This document shows, piece by piece, positions 46,304-56,581 of a stretch of DNA of 64,000 nt. This stretch comes from an uncultured virus (IMG/VR IMGVR_UViG_3300029319_000030) (Duplodnaviria; Heunggongvirae; Uroviricota; Caudoviricetes). The position numbers and the translations under genes were made by a program. Under the pieces are notes generated by a model. That model did no database searches and was not told the origin of the DNA. It saw only the letters and a program-made list of their open reading frames with translations. Each line of letters begins with the position of its first letter. The stretch's first letter is position 1. The DNA lies in IMG/VR virus record IMGVR_UViG_3300029319_000030, positions 1 through 64,000 of that record. One strand, given 5' to 3'.

Positions 46304-47497
46304 TTAATTTTTCTTTCTAATTTTAAAAGATCTATTTTTAATATCAGAAGAAGAATCACCTAGCACCTTATACTTAACGCCCCCAACGTTAACTTCGCCG
46401 TGTGTTTTTCTAGGTTCTAAGTTAATATTTTTATCTTTAGCAACTCTATCTTTTATAGCATCAGCCTTACCTTGCTCATAAAAATGTTTAGCAATAGCAT
46501 CAGCGTTCATAGCTGTAAATAAAGACTTATGATAACCTGCAGCGTCTTCAATAGTTTTTTTATCTTCGCCAACGAACTTGTTGACAAAATTATTAAGATC
46601 GCTTTGTGTTGTCTTGACCTTATCAACATCTTTAACATTAAATCTATATCTTTTTTCTCCAACATTATATTCAAAACCTTTGAACTGGTCGTTAAAAAAA
46701 TTATTAGTTTTATTTAAAAATGTTCTTTTGTTTGCTTCAGATACCTTCTTTTGATTTTCTTGATCTTTATTGTATCTATTAAAAAAATCTACAGCCTTCT
46801 GCTGCTCACTAGTGAGTTTACTTCCGGCTTTAATTTCTTCATAGTATTTAGACTTTTGCCCGTCTAAATAGGCTCTAGCCTCGGCAACTTGCTCTTTGAG
46901 GGCTATTTCTTTTTTACGCTTAGTTCTTTCATCATCTAATTCTTCATCAATACCAAACATATCTTCCATTAAGAAACTTCGCTCTTCATTATTTAAATGA
47001 GATTTAGTAATCTTATAGTACTCGTTTAAAACATCGGTATCATCTAATTTAGATATATCTCTATTTAAATTAACGTAATCTTGTATATCACCACCGGTTT
47101 CATCCATAAAATCTACAAGCTTTTGTATGTTTTCTGGTAGTGGTTTACCTGTTTGTTCAGCTTCTTCAACAGCTTCTTCAACAGCTTCTTCTACTTCTTC
47201 AACTGTTTTGTTTTCAATATCCTCTTCTACAACTTCCTCTATAATTGGAACTTCTTCTACTTCTTCTACAGGTTTTGTTTCTTCTTTTTCTTCTTTAACT
47301 TCTTCTACAACCTCTTCTTTATCTAAAGGCGGTGGTGCGTCTAAATCAACTTTAGTAACAGTTGGATCATCAGCACTCATAAACTTTGATTTAAATTTAC
47401 CGTCTTCACTTCTGGGTTGAGTTGTTTTTTCGTCTGCAACTTCTTCAACTAGTTGCTCAGTTGTTTCTTCAACAACTTCTTTATTTTCTTCTGCCAT
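46304..47497 (-). CDS. putative scaffolding protein
   Basis: Very acidic N-terminus and helical C-terminus; between portal and capsid. Confidence 0.7.
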   Translation of the reverse strand: MAEENKEVVEETTEQLVEEVADEKTTQPRSEDGKFKSKFMSADDPTVTKVDLDAPPPLDKEEVVEEVKEEKEETKPVEEVEEVPIIEEVVEEDIENKTVEEVEEAVEEAVEEAEQTGKPLPENIQKLVDFMDETGGDIQDYVNLNRDISKLDDTDVLNEYYKITKSHLNNEERSFLMEDMFGIDEELDDERTKRKKEIALKEQVAEARAYLDGQKSKYYEEIKAGSKLTSEQQKAVDFFNRYNKDQENQKKVSEANKRTFLNKTNNFFNDQFKGFEYNVGEKRYRFNVKDVDKVKTTQSDLNNFVNKFVGEDKKTIEDAAGYHKSLFTAMNADAIAKHFYEQGKADAIKDRVAKDKNINLEPRKTHGEVNVGGVKYKVLGDSSSDIKNRSFKIRKKN

Positions 47498-47523
47498 AAT
47501 AAAATTTTATAAAATATTAAATA

Positions 47524-49926
47524 TTAAAGGTCGAACCTATTTAAGTTCGCTCCTCCTGTAAGTATATCATTACCTGATGATTCAAATTTATTAAACGAAT
47601 CACCCTGCTTTCTTTGCTGTATCATTTCTTTTTGATGCATAGCTTGCTGATCTACTCTTTTGTCTTTTCTATCTTCTCTTTCAGTTTCACTTTGTTTTCT
47701 AGTTTGTAATTCTAATTGTTTCATCCTAGAATTTAAATCAAACTCAAACTGCATTAATTCTTTTTTAGCATTAACTTCGTTTTCTAAAAACTGAGCTTGA
47801 AGTTGATTTTTAGTTTGCTCTAACTGAGCTTCAGCTTGAGACTTTGTTTGTATCTTCTGCATTTCCATTTGCGCTGCCGCTTGCTGTGACTGTTGATTAG
47901 CTTGAGCTTGAGCTTGTATGTTTTGTTGTTGTATTGCTTGATCTCTTTCTATTTTCTTTTTTCTTTTGACTTTAAGTAATTGATTTGCTAACTTAATATT
48001 TCTAACTTCTCTTAAATCTATAGCATCATCAATATCTAAAGTTTTTTGTTGCAACGCCATTTGTATATTATTTTCTAATATAGCTTTTTCTTCTTCGTCT
48101 GGTAATAATTCTATAAATATACCAAAGTCATGAAGATATAATTCTTTTAACTCTTCTAACGTAGCAACATTATGTGCACCAATAGAATTTATAAAAGCGT
48201 GTTTTGTTGGAGAGTACTCAACTATATCAGCTATTCGTAAAGATAAACACTCAGCGGCTTCAGCGGTTAAAAACAACATTGATTGTAGTATGTGTCTTGT
48301 CGCTGTATTAGAGTTTGCTGCTGCTAATTTTTGCACACCAACTAAAGCGTTTTTATCTGGCAAGCTACCGTCTCTAGCCTCATTCAAACCAGTTACATCT
48401 CTAATCATTTGCATGTAGTAGTTGTAAGTAGTTATTAAACTTTGTATCTTACCACCATTAACATTATTATTTATTTGTTGTATCGGCACTTTACCAGGAT
48501 TCATATCACCATCTTGAGTAAAGCTTCTACCTATAACGCTACCAGTTTGAAAGAACATGTTTAAAGCTTCTTGCGGATTATAGTTTGTTCCATTACCTAA
48601 ATCTATTTCAGCTAAACCATCAGCGTCTAAGTAAACACCGTCTGGCACCATACGCGCCATTACTTGTTGTAGCTTTAAATGCGTTAGCTGTATCATGTCA
48701 GCAAAGCTAGTTATTCTACCAACAATAGACTCTATTCTGTCTTCATACATACGAGGAGCTGTTATTTGATAGTTCATTTTAACACTACCAAAATTAGAAT
48801 CAGACCTCATCATATTAGGACACATTCTCCACTCTAACAACTTATCACATCCTAAAACATAAACACCTTCATATAGAGTTTCAATAACTCTTTCAAGCTT
48901 TCTATACTCACCATCCATGCTAGCTGGCGGATTAAATCCATCGTCTTTTTCTATAACTTTTTCCCCACCAGCAGCTGTTGTTTTTAATTTATAAACATTA
49001 TTCATATGTGTTTTAAAATTAAAATACAAAACCTCTATTTTATTTCTATCAGTATCGTAGTTTCTTGATGGTGTCTTATAATTGTTGCCTCCAGATTTAC
49101 TAACTATTTCTTCTATCTCTTCTTCACTTAAACCTGGAAATTGTTTTACGAGCTCATTAATAGGTATTTGTTTTACCTCACCCACATAGTATATATCATC
49201 AAAATAAGGAGAGTCAGTATGTGAATAAACAATATCTGCTGGGTCTACATATTTAATTCTAGCACCATCGCTAAAATCAAAAGTTGTTTTAGTAGCAGCT
49301 ATACCTAAAACAGTTAAATCATACAAGCATCTTCTTCTTACTAAATCATAATCACTAGCCTCCATTAAAGTATTTATAGCTTGTTCCTCTGCTATTTCAA
49401 CTGCTTGCTTATAATTTAATTGCATATGTAAAGCTAGTTCTTCTTCCGTATCAGGTAGAGTTTCTGGATTATTTTCGTTTAACTCTATACCAAATAAATC
49501 TTTAGCACTTTTATCAAACTCTCTAGCTCTCATGTCTCTAAGCATTGACTCCATGTATTCTGTTCGCTTGCTAATACCAAACTCATCTTGAGAAAATGCG
49601 CTTATTTCGTAATTTCTTTGAGCCATACCATTTACTACTATATCAACAAACTTAGATATAACAGGTACTGGTTTCCAGTCTAAATTTAAATAAGATAAAT
49701 CACCGTTTATAGATAACTCATTTTTATATTTTTGTATTGGTTGTTCGCCTCTAGCGTACAGTCTTAATCTATGAAAATTATTTTTAGTATTATCATATTT
49801 AGATGTAGTACCTGAGAACCACTCGTGCTTTATAGCTTTTGCTACCTTTAAACCGTATTCTTCACTTAGCTTTTCCATGTCGCTAACTGCTTGCGACGGA
49901 AAGTATATAGAGTAATCTGATATCAT
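47524..49926 (-). CDS. portal protein
   Basis: 800 aa after TerL; LDWKPVPVISKFVDIVVNG, IRDVTGLNEARDG, Q-rich C-terminal coiled coil. Confidence 0.85.
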   Translation of the reverse strand: MISDYSIYFPSQAVSDMEKLSEEYGLKVAKAIKHEWFSGTTSKYDNTKNNFHRLRLYARGEQPIQKYKNELSINGDLSYLNLDWKPVPVISKFVDIVVNGMAQRNYEISAFSQDEFGISKRTEYMESMLRDMRAREFDKSAKDLFGIELNENNPETLPDTEEELALHMQLNYKQAVEIAEEQAINTLMEASDYDLVRRRCLYDLTVLGIAATKTTFDFSDGARIKYVDPADIVYSHTDSPYFDDIYYVGEVKQIPINELVKQFPGLSEEEIEEIVSKSGGNNYKTPSRNYDTDRNKIEVLYFNFKTHMNNVYKLKTTAAGGEKVIEKDDGFNPPASMDGEYRKLERVIETLYEGVYVLGCDKLLEWRMCPNMMRSDSNFGSVKMNYQITAPRMYEDRIESIVGRITSFADMIQLTHLKLQQVMARMVPDGVYLDADGLAEIDLGNGTNYNPQEALNMFFQTGSVIGRSFTQDGDMNPGKVPIQQINNNVNGGKIQSLITTYNYYMQMIRDVTGLNEARDGSLPDKNALVGVQKLAAANSNTATRHILQSMLFLTAEAAECLSLRIADIVEYSPTKHAFINSIGAHNVATLEELKELYLHDFGIFIELLPDEEEKAILENNIQMALQQKTLDIDDAIDLREVRNIKLANQLLKVKRKKKIERDQAIQQQNIQAQAQANQQSQQAAAQMEMQKIQTKSQAEAQLEQTKNQLQAQFLENEVNAKKELMQFEFDLNSRMKQLELQTRKQSETEREDRKDKRVDQQAMHQKEMIQQRKQGDSFNKFESSGNDILTGGANLNRFDL

Positions 49927-52160
49927 ATTTTATTCTTAATTATCTTTGATGTAATTCCTTTATTATTAAATTTAGATATATTTAAATTTAACGGTTGTCT
50001 TTTTTGTTTTGGATTAGGTCGATATAAATGTCTATTACAAGCCATTACAGCTAAGCCAGAACTTATTGAGGCATCATGTTTTGTTCTTCTATTTATATCA
50101 AACTTAGACCAATCGTTTAACGTATTATTAAAATACATAGTTCCATAAGTTCCATCCTGCAATAATCCAACATGGTCATTGATATACATTTCAATAGCAG
50201 CTGCATGAGCTTGCTTTATATCTTCACTAGAGTTTGGTATACCACCTACTTCTTTTTCAGACGCTGAAAGCTTGTTCCATATTTTATCTGGCCTATTCAT
50301 ACTAAAGCTTCTATAACCTCTTCTACGTAAATAGTATAATAATCTTGGTTTATTATTTTCTGCAAGTATTGGCATACCGTAAAATACTAATGCCATTAAA
50401 ACATCTTCAAAAAATATTTCAGCCGTCTGTGGTCTTGCTATATATTCTAAAAAGAAAGTATTAGCTGGAGCATCTTCCATTGAAAACTTAGTTAAACCGT
50501 GCAAGGCACCTTTCGACCCTTTGTTGTCTACAGTTCCAGATATATCGTATGAGTCACAACCAAAAGCTCCAACGTGTTCATTGCCAGGATATTTAACTCC
50601 ATTTTTTATTACTACATTATTTTGTAGCTTAGAGTTAGGTACCCAGCTTATATTAAATCTACCTCCAGGATCTGGATTAAAAATAACTCTTGTATCTTTA
50701 ACACCATTAACCCATTGAAAGTTTCCAATTGTAACTACAGAAGAACTTCTGTTACCTTCGTTATAATCTATTTGCTCGTATATTTTTATAAGATTAAATA
50801 AACTATTTTTAGTTTCATCTCTAAACGCGTGCTCTTCAGTTCTTGGAAACTGGCGATAAAATTCGTTTAAAGCGTCTTGATCTTCTTTTAAGCCTTCAGC
50901 TTCATTTTCCCAATGGTCTATTACGCCATAATCTATTTCTATTCCTTGTGGATCAAGTGCTGGTTTTTTAGGAGTATTGAAAACAGGCTGCCCGTATTCG
51001 TCAATGAATCCTTCGTAATTCCATTCCATAGGAATAAACAAAGAATATAATCCAGACTTAGTTTGTCCGTTTTTGTTTCGCTTTGTAACATCTGAGTCAT
51101 TGTATAGATTTTTAAAATTATCACCACCTTTCTCTAATGAATTACTAGTACTACCCATCATGCACTTACCAACAACTCTACTACCTAAACGTAAACAAGT
51201 TTTTGTAACTCTCCAGTTATTTTTTATATTATCAGGCCTTTCCCACTTACCGCTTTCATCGTGTACTAGTAAGTTTAACTTTTCACCATCATAACTATTG
51301 TCACCTGTATTCTTCCAGTCTATAGTTGTATCAAGCCCTTCAACATCATCCATCTCTTCACGCTCACGTATTTTTTTACGTGTAAACTTTTTAGCTGGCA
51401 CTCTATATGCGAGTTCGGACTTTGGCCGGTCCATACCGTCCTGTATTGGTTTGAAGAAGAAGGGATAATTTAAACTAATAGGTACTACTTTGTCTGTAAA
51501 CATTTTCTTTGCATCAGCACCAGTCTTAGATAATATACCAAATCTACTATCACTAGCAAGTGTTGCTAAATTAACAGTTTCAGCTGAACTCATAAATGAA
51601 AAACCTGATCGCCTATTTTTTAAATAGCACATACCGTAGCATCTACTATCAGCTTTACAAGCCTCCCAAAATATATAGAATAATCTGTTTGCTTCTCTAT
51701 AATCAGGTGCGCCTACATCTATTTTACTCCATTGTAAATACATATAATGTGTGCCTGTTATGTAAGTTGGCTTACCGTTATTCATAAACCAAAAGCCTTC
51801 CTCTCTTCTTTTGAACTCTTCGTCTATATAGCCGTAGTGCTCTTCTTTAAAATCAAGTGGATAATCTTGCCAATCAAATACTGTTTTAATTTTTTTAAAC
51901 TCAGGTTTAGCTGGAAACTGTTTCCACTTTTGTTCTGATTTTATTTCGCTACAAGTATATATTTTTTTAGGCTGTTTAGGTAAGGCTATGTGTAAGCCTT
52001 GTATTTCTATAACATCACCTATCATACCAGTTTTAGATATAACAACTACATTGTTTTCTTTATTATATCCATACTCCCACTTCTTGCTTTTGTTTAGCCT
52101 CTTAACAGTGTTCAGCCTTATTGGTTCTACTATTTTATATAAGCTTTGTTCGTACTTCAT
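49923..52160 (-). CDS. terL: terminase large subunit
   Basis: Walker A-like LKNRRSGFS, Walker B LLVHDESGK, coupling motif MGSTSN, nuclease motifs FGCDSYD and HDASISSGLA. Confidence 0.92.
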   Translation of the reverse strand: MKYEQSLYKIVEPIRLNTVKRLNKSKKWEYGYNKENNVVVISKTGMIGDVIEIQGLHIALPKQPKKIYTCSEIKSEQKWKQFPAKPEFKKIKTVFDWQDYPLDFKEEHYGYIDEEFKRREEGFWFMNNGKPTYITGTHYMYLQWSKIDVGAPDYREANRLFYIFWEACKADSRCYGMCYLKNRRSGFSFMSSAETVNLATLASDSRFGILSKTGADAKKMFTDKVVPISLNYPFFFKPIQDGMDRPKSELAYRVPAKKFTRKKIREREEMDDVEGLDTTIDWKNTGDNSYDGEKLNLLVHDESGKWERPDNIKNNWRVTKTCLRLGSRVVGKCMMGSTSNSLEKGGDNFKNLYNDSDVTKRNKNGQTKSGLYSLFIPMEWNYEGFIDEYGQPVFNTPKKPALDPQGIEIDYGVIDHWENEAEGLKEDQDALNEFYRQFPRTEEHAFRDETKNSLFNLIKIYEQIDYNEGNRSSSVVTIGNFQWVNGVKDTRVIFNPDPGGRFNISWVPNSKLQNNVVIKNGVKYPGNEHVGAFGCDSYDISGTVDNKGSKGALHGLTKFSMEDAPANTFFLEYIARPQTAEIFFEDVLMALVFYGMPILAENNKPRLLYYLRRRGYRSFSMNRPDKIWNKLSASEKEVGGIPNSSEDIKQAHAAAIEMYINDHVGLLQDGTYGTMYFNNTLNDWSKFDINRRTKHDASISSGLAVMACNRHLYRPNPKQKRQPLNLNISKFNNKGITSKIIKNKI

Positions 52161-52429
52161 TTTGATCTACCTTCTGCAAAACCTTTAAATGTAGTTTCTT
52201 TTTTTTCTTCAACTTTACCTTCAAGTATATTCTCTTCTTCGTTTATACGGTTCAGTATTTCAAACGCATCGAATATAGCTAGCTTCTTTGTAGCAGCTGC
52301 ATTTTTTAATCTATCAGCTGATATATCGTCATCGCTATCAACAATAGGTTCTTTAGCAACTTTAATAAGTTCTTCAACTGCTTTCTGCCCAGCTTGGATT
52401 ATACTCTTCTTCGTTTCCTTTATATTCAT
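52157..52429 (-). CDS. putative terminase small subunit
   Basis: Small helical protein overlapping the TerL start. Confidence 0.5.
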   Translation of the reverse strand: MNIKETKKSIIQAGQKAVEELIKVAKEPIVDSDDDISADRLKNAAATKKLAIFDAFEILNRINEEENILEGKVEEKKETTFKGFAEGRSK

Positions 52430-52952
52430 ATTTAATTGTAATAAATTTATTCATAACTCTATATAATCTTTCTCCATTTATAACGAACTCATATTCACTA
52501 TTAGGCGTAAACCCAACTAAGTCACCAATGTTATAAACACCATCTGTATATTTTATTATACCAACTAATGGCTGCTCTGCATTACTGCTTAGTTTATTAT
52601 TTGATTTTATAGGTTTAACAAAACTATAACCAGGCATAGTTTTATTATTGTATAAATATATTTGATCTTGTGATATTATATATTTATCTTCTTTCCAATA
52701 CGATCTACTATTACGTTCTCTACCTTTAACATCTGTCCATCTTCTAAATATATTATGATGCACTATTACTTCATCACCTACGTTAACAGGTGATTGAAAC
52801 AATAGTGGAGTGGCGATAACTTTTGCTTTTCTATTTATATATTGGTGATTAAATATTTCAGTATTAAGTATTAGTTCTTTGTCGTCAACTCGTGAAACAT
52901 TATTATAACGCTCGCCAATAGGAGACACAATAAAATCTTTATAAGCATTCAT
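52374..52952 (-). CDS. tandem GroES-like domain protein
   Basis: Two GroES-like units: FIVSP...LIL...AKVIA...VNVGDEVIV and SFVKPI...GIIKY...GDLVGF...YEFVINGERLYRV. Confidence 0.65.
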   Translation of the reverse strand: MNAYKDFIVSPIGERYNNVSRVDDKELILNTEIFNHQYINRKAKVIATPLLFQSPVNVGDEVIVHHNIFRRWTDVKGRERNSRSYWKEDKYIISQDQIYLYNNKTMPGYSFVKPIKSNNKLSSNAEQPLVGIIKYTDGVYNIGDLVGFTPNSEYEFVINGERLYRVMNKFITIKYEYKGNEEEYNPSWAESS

Positions 52953-53200
52953 TAATATTCTAGATTATACTCAACTGATATAGCCATATTTTTATTAAAG
53001 TCTTTCCAAGGTATAACGACCTTTTCTTTTTTAATATATACACAGTACTTATCTTCTTCTTCTATTATGTCACAAATTTTATGACCACCATAAACCTCTT
53101 GATCAACAGCATAGTGCATTGAATCATTTTTGTAATCTTTGCCTATAGTAATTTTTCTTATAATATTATTTTTCATCCTTAGGCCAGTTAATTTTTCCAT
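52952..53200 (-). CDS. hypothetical protein
   Basis: IIRKITIGKDYKNDSMHYAVDQEV; start probably at the second Met. Confidence 0.7.
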   Translation of the reverse strand: MEKLTGLRMKNNIIRKITIGKDYKNDSMHYAVDQEVYGGHKICDIIEEEDKYCVYIKKEKVVIPWKDFNKNMAISVEYNLEY

Positions 53201-53438
53201 CAGCTATGTTAACATCAAAAGTACCATATTCTTTTGAAAGTTTTTCTTGCATATCAACAACGTTCTTTTGTCCTAATCCTAACTCATGCAATAGATTATG
53301 CTTTTGCCCTTCAAGCTGTCCTATTTTAAATTGAAGATTATTAATAACACCTACTATTTCTTGTAGTTCTTTTAAGTGTTCATCTGATATCTTGTCAACC
53401 TTAGGTTTAAGGTCAACTACTTTTTCTTTTTTTCCCAT
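53166..53438 (-). CDS. small coiled-coil protein
   Basis: Heptad pattern ELQEIV...IGQLE.QKHNLLHEL. Confidence 0.65.
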   Translation of the reverse strand: MGKKEKVVDLKPKVDKISDEHLKELQEIVGVINNLQFKIGQLEGQKHNLLHELGLGQKNVVDMQEKLSKEYGTFDVNIADGKINWPKDEK

Positions 53439-53467
53439 GATTTTATTTAATTTAATTATTATTTATA

Positions 53468-53821
53468 TTAGCAAGGAAGTATAGGACCTACAACCACACC
53501 TCTTTCATTTATCTCTATTGTAAAACCTCTACCACGATCATCTTGAAACTGTATATAACCAGGTCCAAATCTGTTGTCACCTCTTGCTCTTTTTTCTCTA
53601 TAAACTATTTCACCTGCTCTTGGTATAGGATTACGACCATTGTGATAATACGTTATATTAATATCTCTTAATCTACAAGCATCTCTTTGCTCTGTAGCCA
53701 ACGCAGAACCAGTAAATGATAAGTATCTTTTTGCTGTTCTAACTTCTCTAACTCTTTTTATTATTTCGGGCTTTGACTTTCCTTTAGCCTTACCCATACC
53801 CATATTATTACCTAATCCCAT
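53468..53821 (-). CDS. hypothetical basic protein
   Basis: 117-aa ORF; start overlaps the upstream stop. Confidence 0.65.
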   Translation of the reverse strand: MGLGNNMGMGKAKGKSKPEIIKRVREVRTAKRYLSFTGSALATEQRDACRLRDINITYYHNGRNPIPRAGEIVYREKRARGDNRFGPGYIQFQDDRGRGFTIEINERGVVVGPILPC

Positions 53822-54510
53822 TATTTACCAAAGTAACATATAACACCTTTATCAGTTTCAGTTTGAAAAGCTGTCCATCTACCATATATAGTGGTTCCAG
53901 CTGGAAAAGATTGACCTTCAGCTGATAAACCTCCAGCTCCATGAGTTTCGTCTATAAATATTAAAGCTTCACCACTACTTGTTATAGCCGTGTCTAGTTG
54001 AACTTTATCTACACCATCCCAAGAAACTACTTTAACACCAGCTTTATGAGGACCATTATATACTGGAAGTGGAGTTTGAGCTGTATCAATCGCTAAAGCT
54101 GTACTACCATTTTCTGTAGCAGCTGGATCTACTAATAAAGCGTATTGGCCTTTTCTAATTAAGCTAGTATCAGAAGGAGGATTAGTTAGTGTTATATCAG
54201 TAAAAGCTGCATGAGTAGCGTTACTTATAGCACTACCACACGCGCCAGCAAAGTTTACGTTACTAGTTATAGTTTCCTCAAAATCTTCTACGTCTTTAGC
54301 TGTTGTACCTGTTATACCAACAAATCCAGGACCACCTTCATCTAAACGCTCTGGCGTCATTATAACTGGTGTTGTGTCTGCAGCTGTATGTAAAAAAGTA
54401 ATAGCTACTATAACGTGATCTTTTGGAGGTATAATTGGTTGAGCTTTATCTGAATAAGCACTACCTAGTTGTCCGAAGTCATAAGCTACTCCTGTTGAAT
54501 TTATTCCCAT
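53821..54510 (-). CDS. putative virion decoration/structural protein
   Basis: FGQLGS...FPAGTTIYGRWT...VICYFG. Confidence 0.65.
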   Translation of the reverse strand: MGINSTGVAYDFGQLGSAYSDKAQPIIPPKDHVIVAITFLHTAADTTPVIMTPERLDEGGPGFVGITGTTAKDVEDFEETITSNVNFAGACGSAISNATHAAFTDITLTNPPSDTSLIRKGQYALLVDPAATENGSTALAIDTAQTPLPVYNGPHKAGVKVVSWDGVDKVQLDTAITSSGEALIFIDETHGAGGLSAEGQSFPAGTTIYGRWTAFQTETDKGVICYFGK

Positions 54511-54512
54511 AA

Positions 54513-54935
54513 TTATTTTTTATTTATTTGTTCATTTTTTTTTGACGAGCCTCCAAAGAAGAAGTCGACAACCGTATTAACTTTAGCACTCATCGCGCCG
54601 AATATTGTTGAGATGAAACTAATTTCAAACTCACCTAAGTTTATGTCTTTCATTACAAAAAACTTAAACATCATAAAGCTTAGTCCAAAGTACGCTGCCG
54701 TAAATAACGTTGCAAGTACTTTTTGAATAAGAGCATCGTCTTTATACATATCACGTGCGCTCTTTCTGTCTTCGACTTCTTTGTTGAAAGCTTCGGTTTC
54801 GGCTTCAAGTAATAACCGTCTAAGAGCGAGCTTCGCTTCATCTCTTTCTTTGTCTGTTGTAATAACTTTGTCAAGTATTCCTTCCGCATTGTCTACTACT
54901 TTGCCGAATAAGCCACCTATAAATTTTCCTATCAT
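54513..54935 (-). CDS. putative holin
   Basis: ILDKVITTDKER...EVEDRKSAR followed by two TM helices and DFFFGGSS. Confidence 0.7.
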   Translation of the reverse strand: MIGKFIGGLFGKVVDNAEGILDKVITTDKERDEAKLALRRLLLEAETEAFNKEVEDRKSARDMYKDDALIQKVLATLFTAAYFGLSFMMFKFFVMKDINLGEFEISFISTIFGAMSAKVNTVVDFFFGGSSKKNEQINKK

Positions 54936-55391
54936 CGTTCATTATCTTTTATCATATCATCGATAGACTTATTCATTACCTTATCGGTGTATGATTTGTT
55001 ATTAAAAAACACATTTGNNNNNNNNNNACACACTTGATTCTGAAGTAGGTATATCTTCTTCTCCTAAAAGTATACGATATATTCTACTTATCAAGTGTGA
55101 GCACTTGAAGGAGGTTTTGAATACAGAGTATTTGATGGTTGTTCTGTTTCTGTGTCTCCAAGTTTCTATCCAACCATTCCTCCTTAATTTTTCCCAACGG
55201 TTTTTATCCCAACTCATTGTATAGGTACCGTCGATAAATTCATTTCTTGTAAAACGACCTTTACAGTCTAAGTAAATTAGTAACTCAAGATCAGCGTCTG
55301 TTAACCCGTAAGTCTTACAGGCCCATTTACGAACGAGCCTGTAATACTTAAGGATTTGTAAATCACGAATATCGTGACTAGTTAATCTCAT
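54932..55391 (-). CDS. winged-helix (MarR-like) DNA-binding protein, interrupted by an N gap
   Basis: YGLTDADLELLIYL...FTRNEF...LRRNGWIE; frame resumes after the gap as VFFNNKSYTDKV...DNER* overlapping the next start. Confidence 0.65.
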
Positions 55392-55397
55392 TCAAGA

Positions 55398-55769
55398 TTA
55401 ACCTTCACCAGTTACGTTAGTAGCACAACTAATTATATGCTTGCTAGCAAATACTGAGTTTGCAGCATCACAAACAACTACCATAGGCTTATCATAAACT
55501 CTAGCAGAGTTTATAGCAGCCGTAATATCATGTATAACTTCTTTGTGTTTATTTGCTGTTATAGTAAGCGTAACGTGATCAGCGGTAAAAGTATTGTCGT
55601 CAGAGTCAGCATAACCTCTAAGTGGTTTAAGCTCCACTTCTAACTTATCAGTATTACCCTCCGCTCTAAATCCTTTTAATCTACTCAAAGGGACGCATAA
55701 ACTGTCAAAGGCTGTATCAAAAGCCCCGTCAGACTCGTCCATGAAATATAAATATTTTTCTTTTATCAT
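55398..55769 (-). CDS. hypothetical protein, paralog of 55795..56193
   Basis: YLYFMDESDGAFD...NKHKEVI...VVVCDAANSVFAS. Confidence 0.75.
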   Translation of the reverse strand: MIKEKYLYFMDESDGAFDTAFDSLCVPLSRLKGFRAEGNTDKLEVELKPLRGYADSDDNTFTADHVTLTITANKHKEVIHDITAAINSARVYDKPMVVVCDAANSVFASKHIISCATNVTGEG

Positions 55770-55794
55770 TTTTCTATATTTTAAATATTAGTAA

Positions 55795-56193
55795 TTAAGC
55801 CTCAGGCGTTATTGTTATTGATGTACAAGATATAATATTGTCACTTGCATACACTGAATTTGTGTCATCTGCCACAACAATGAAACCATCGGAATGTGTT
55901 CCATGTATTAAAGCTAGTATATCTTCTATAACTTCTTTGTGTTTATTATCTTGTATTTCAAGCACTATACGATCTCCAAAAAAATCAGTGTCATTGTTTT
56001 CGTTAACCTGACCTAGCATAGGATCAAATTCTAACGTTAACTCATTTACAGCATTAGATCCAGATACGTTTGTAAATCCTTTAAATCTTTCTACTGGTAT
56101 AGCAACGCAGTCATTTGCCTCGTTAAAAGCGCCATCAATTTCTTCCATAAAATATAGAAACTTTCCAGTTAAATGTCCTTGATGTTCTCTCAT
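55795..56193 (-). CDS. hypothetical protein, paralog of 55398..55769
   Basis: FLYFMEEIDGAFN...NKHKEVI...IVVADDTNSVYAS. Confidence 0.75.
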   Translation of the reverse strand: MREHQGHLTGKFLYFMEEIDGAFNEANDCVAIPVERFKGFTNVSGSNAVNELTLEFDPMLGQVNENNDTDFFGDRIVLEIQDNKHKEVIEDILALIHGTHSDGFIVVADDTNSVYASDNIISCTSITITPEA

Positions 56194-56270
56194 TTTAAAT
56201 TTTTTTTATGATTAATAATTAATTTATGATTTTATGTTTATTGTTTATGGTTTATAGTTTGCGTATAATC

Positions 56271-56292
56271 TACTTTAATAGTAATTACACGT
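56271..56292 (-). promoter_or_regulatory. putative late promoter RTGTRAYWAY
   Basis: Minus strand ACGTGTAATTACTATTAAAGTA, intergenic. Confidence 0.55.
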
Positions 56293-56308
56293 TTTTATTA
56301 AATAGTAA

Positions 56309-56581
56309 TTATTCTACTATAACTATATCCCTAGCACGTATAACTCTATACATAGTATCGTTATAAGCTATGTCATGCCCAGCAATAGCGTCATAGTATA
56401 CAACATCACCTTTACTAACAATAGGAACATCGTTACCTACAGAAATAACGTTGGCTTTTTTGTATCTGTTTGTTTCATCTGTCTCATCAGTTAATATAAG
56501 GCCGCCAACTTTCTTTGGCCCTTCTTTTATTATATCAACTATTACATAATCGTTAACTGCTTGCATTTGGTATACGTACAT
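56309..56581 (-). CDS. groES: co-chaperonin GroES
   Basis: DYVIV...KKVGGLIL...ANVISVG...KGDVVYY...DIV; directly after GroEL; start probably 56566. Confidence 0.88.
   Translation of the reverse strand: MYVYQMQAVNDYVIVDIIKEGPKKVGGLILTDETDETNRYKKANVISVGNDVPIVSKGDVVYYDAIAGHDIAYNDTMYRVIRARDIVIVE

Noticed and set aside
54932..55391. Apparent truncation of the winged-helix gene
   Set aside because: Caused by the N gap at 55018-55027; the reading frame resumes beyond it.
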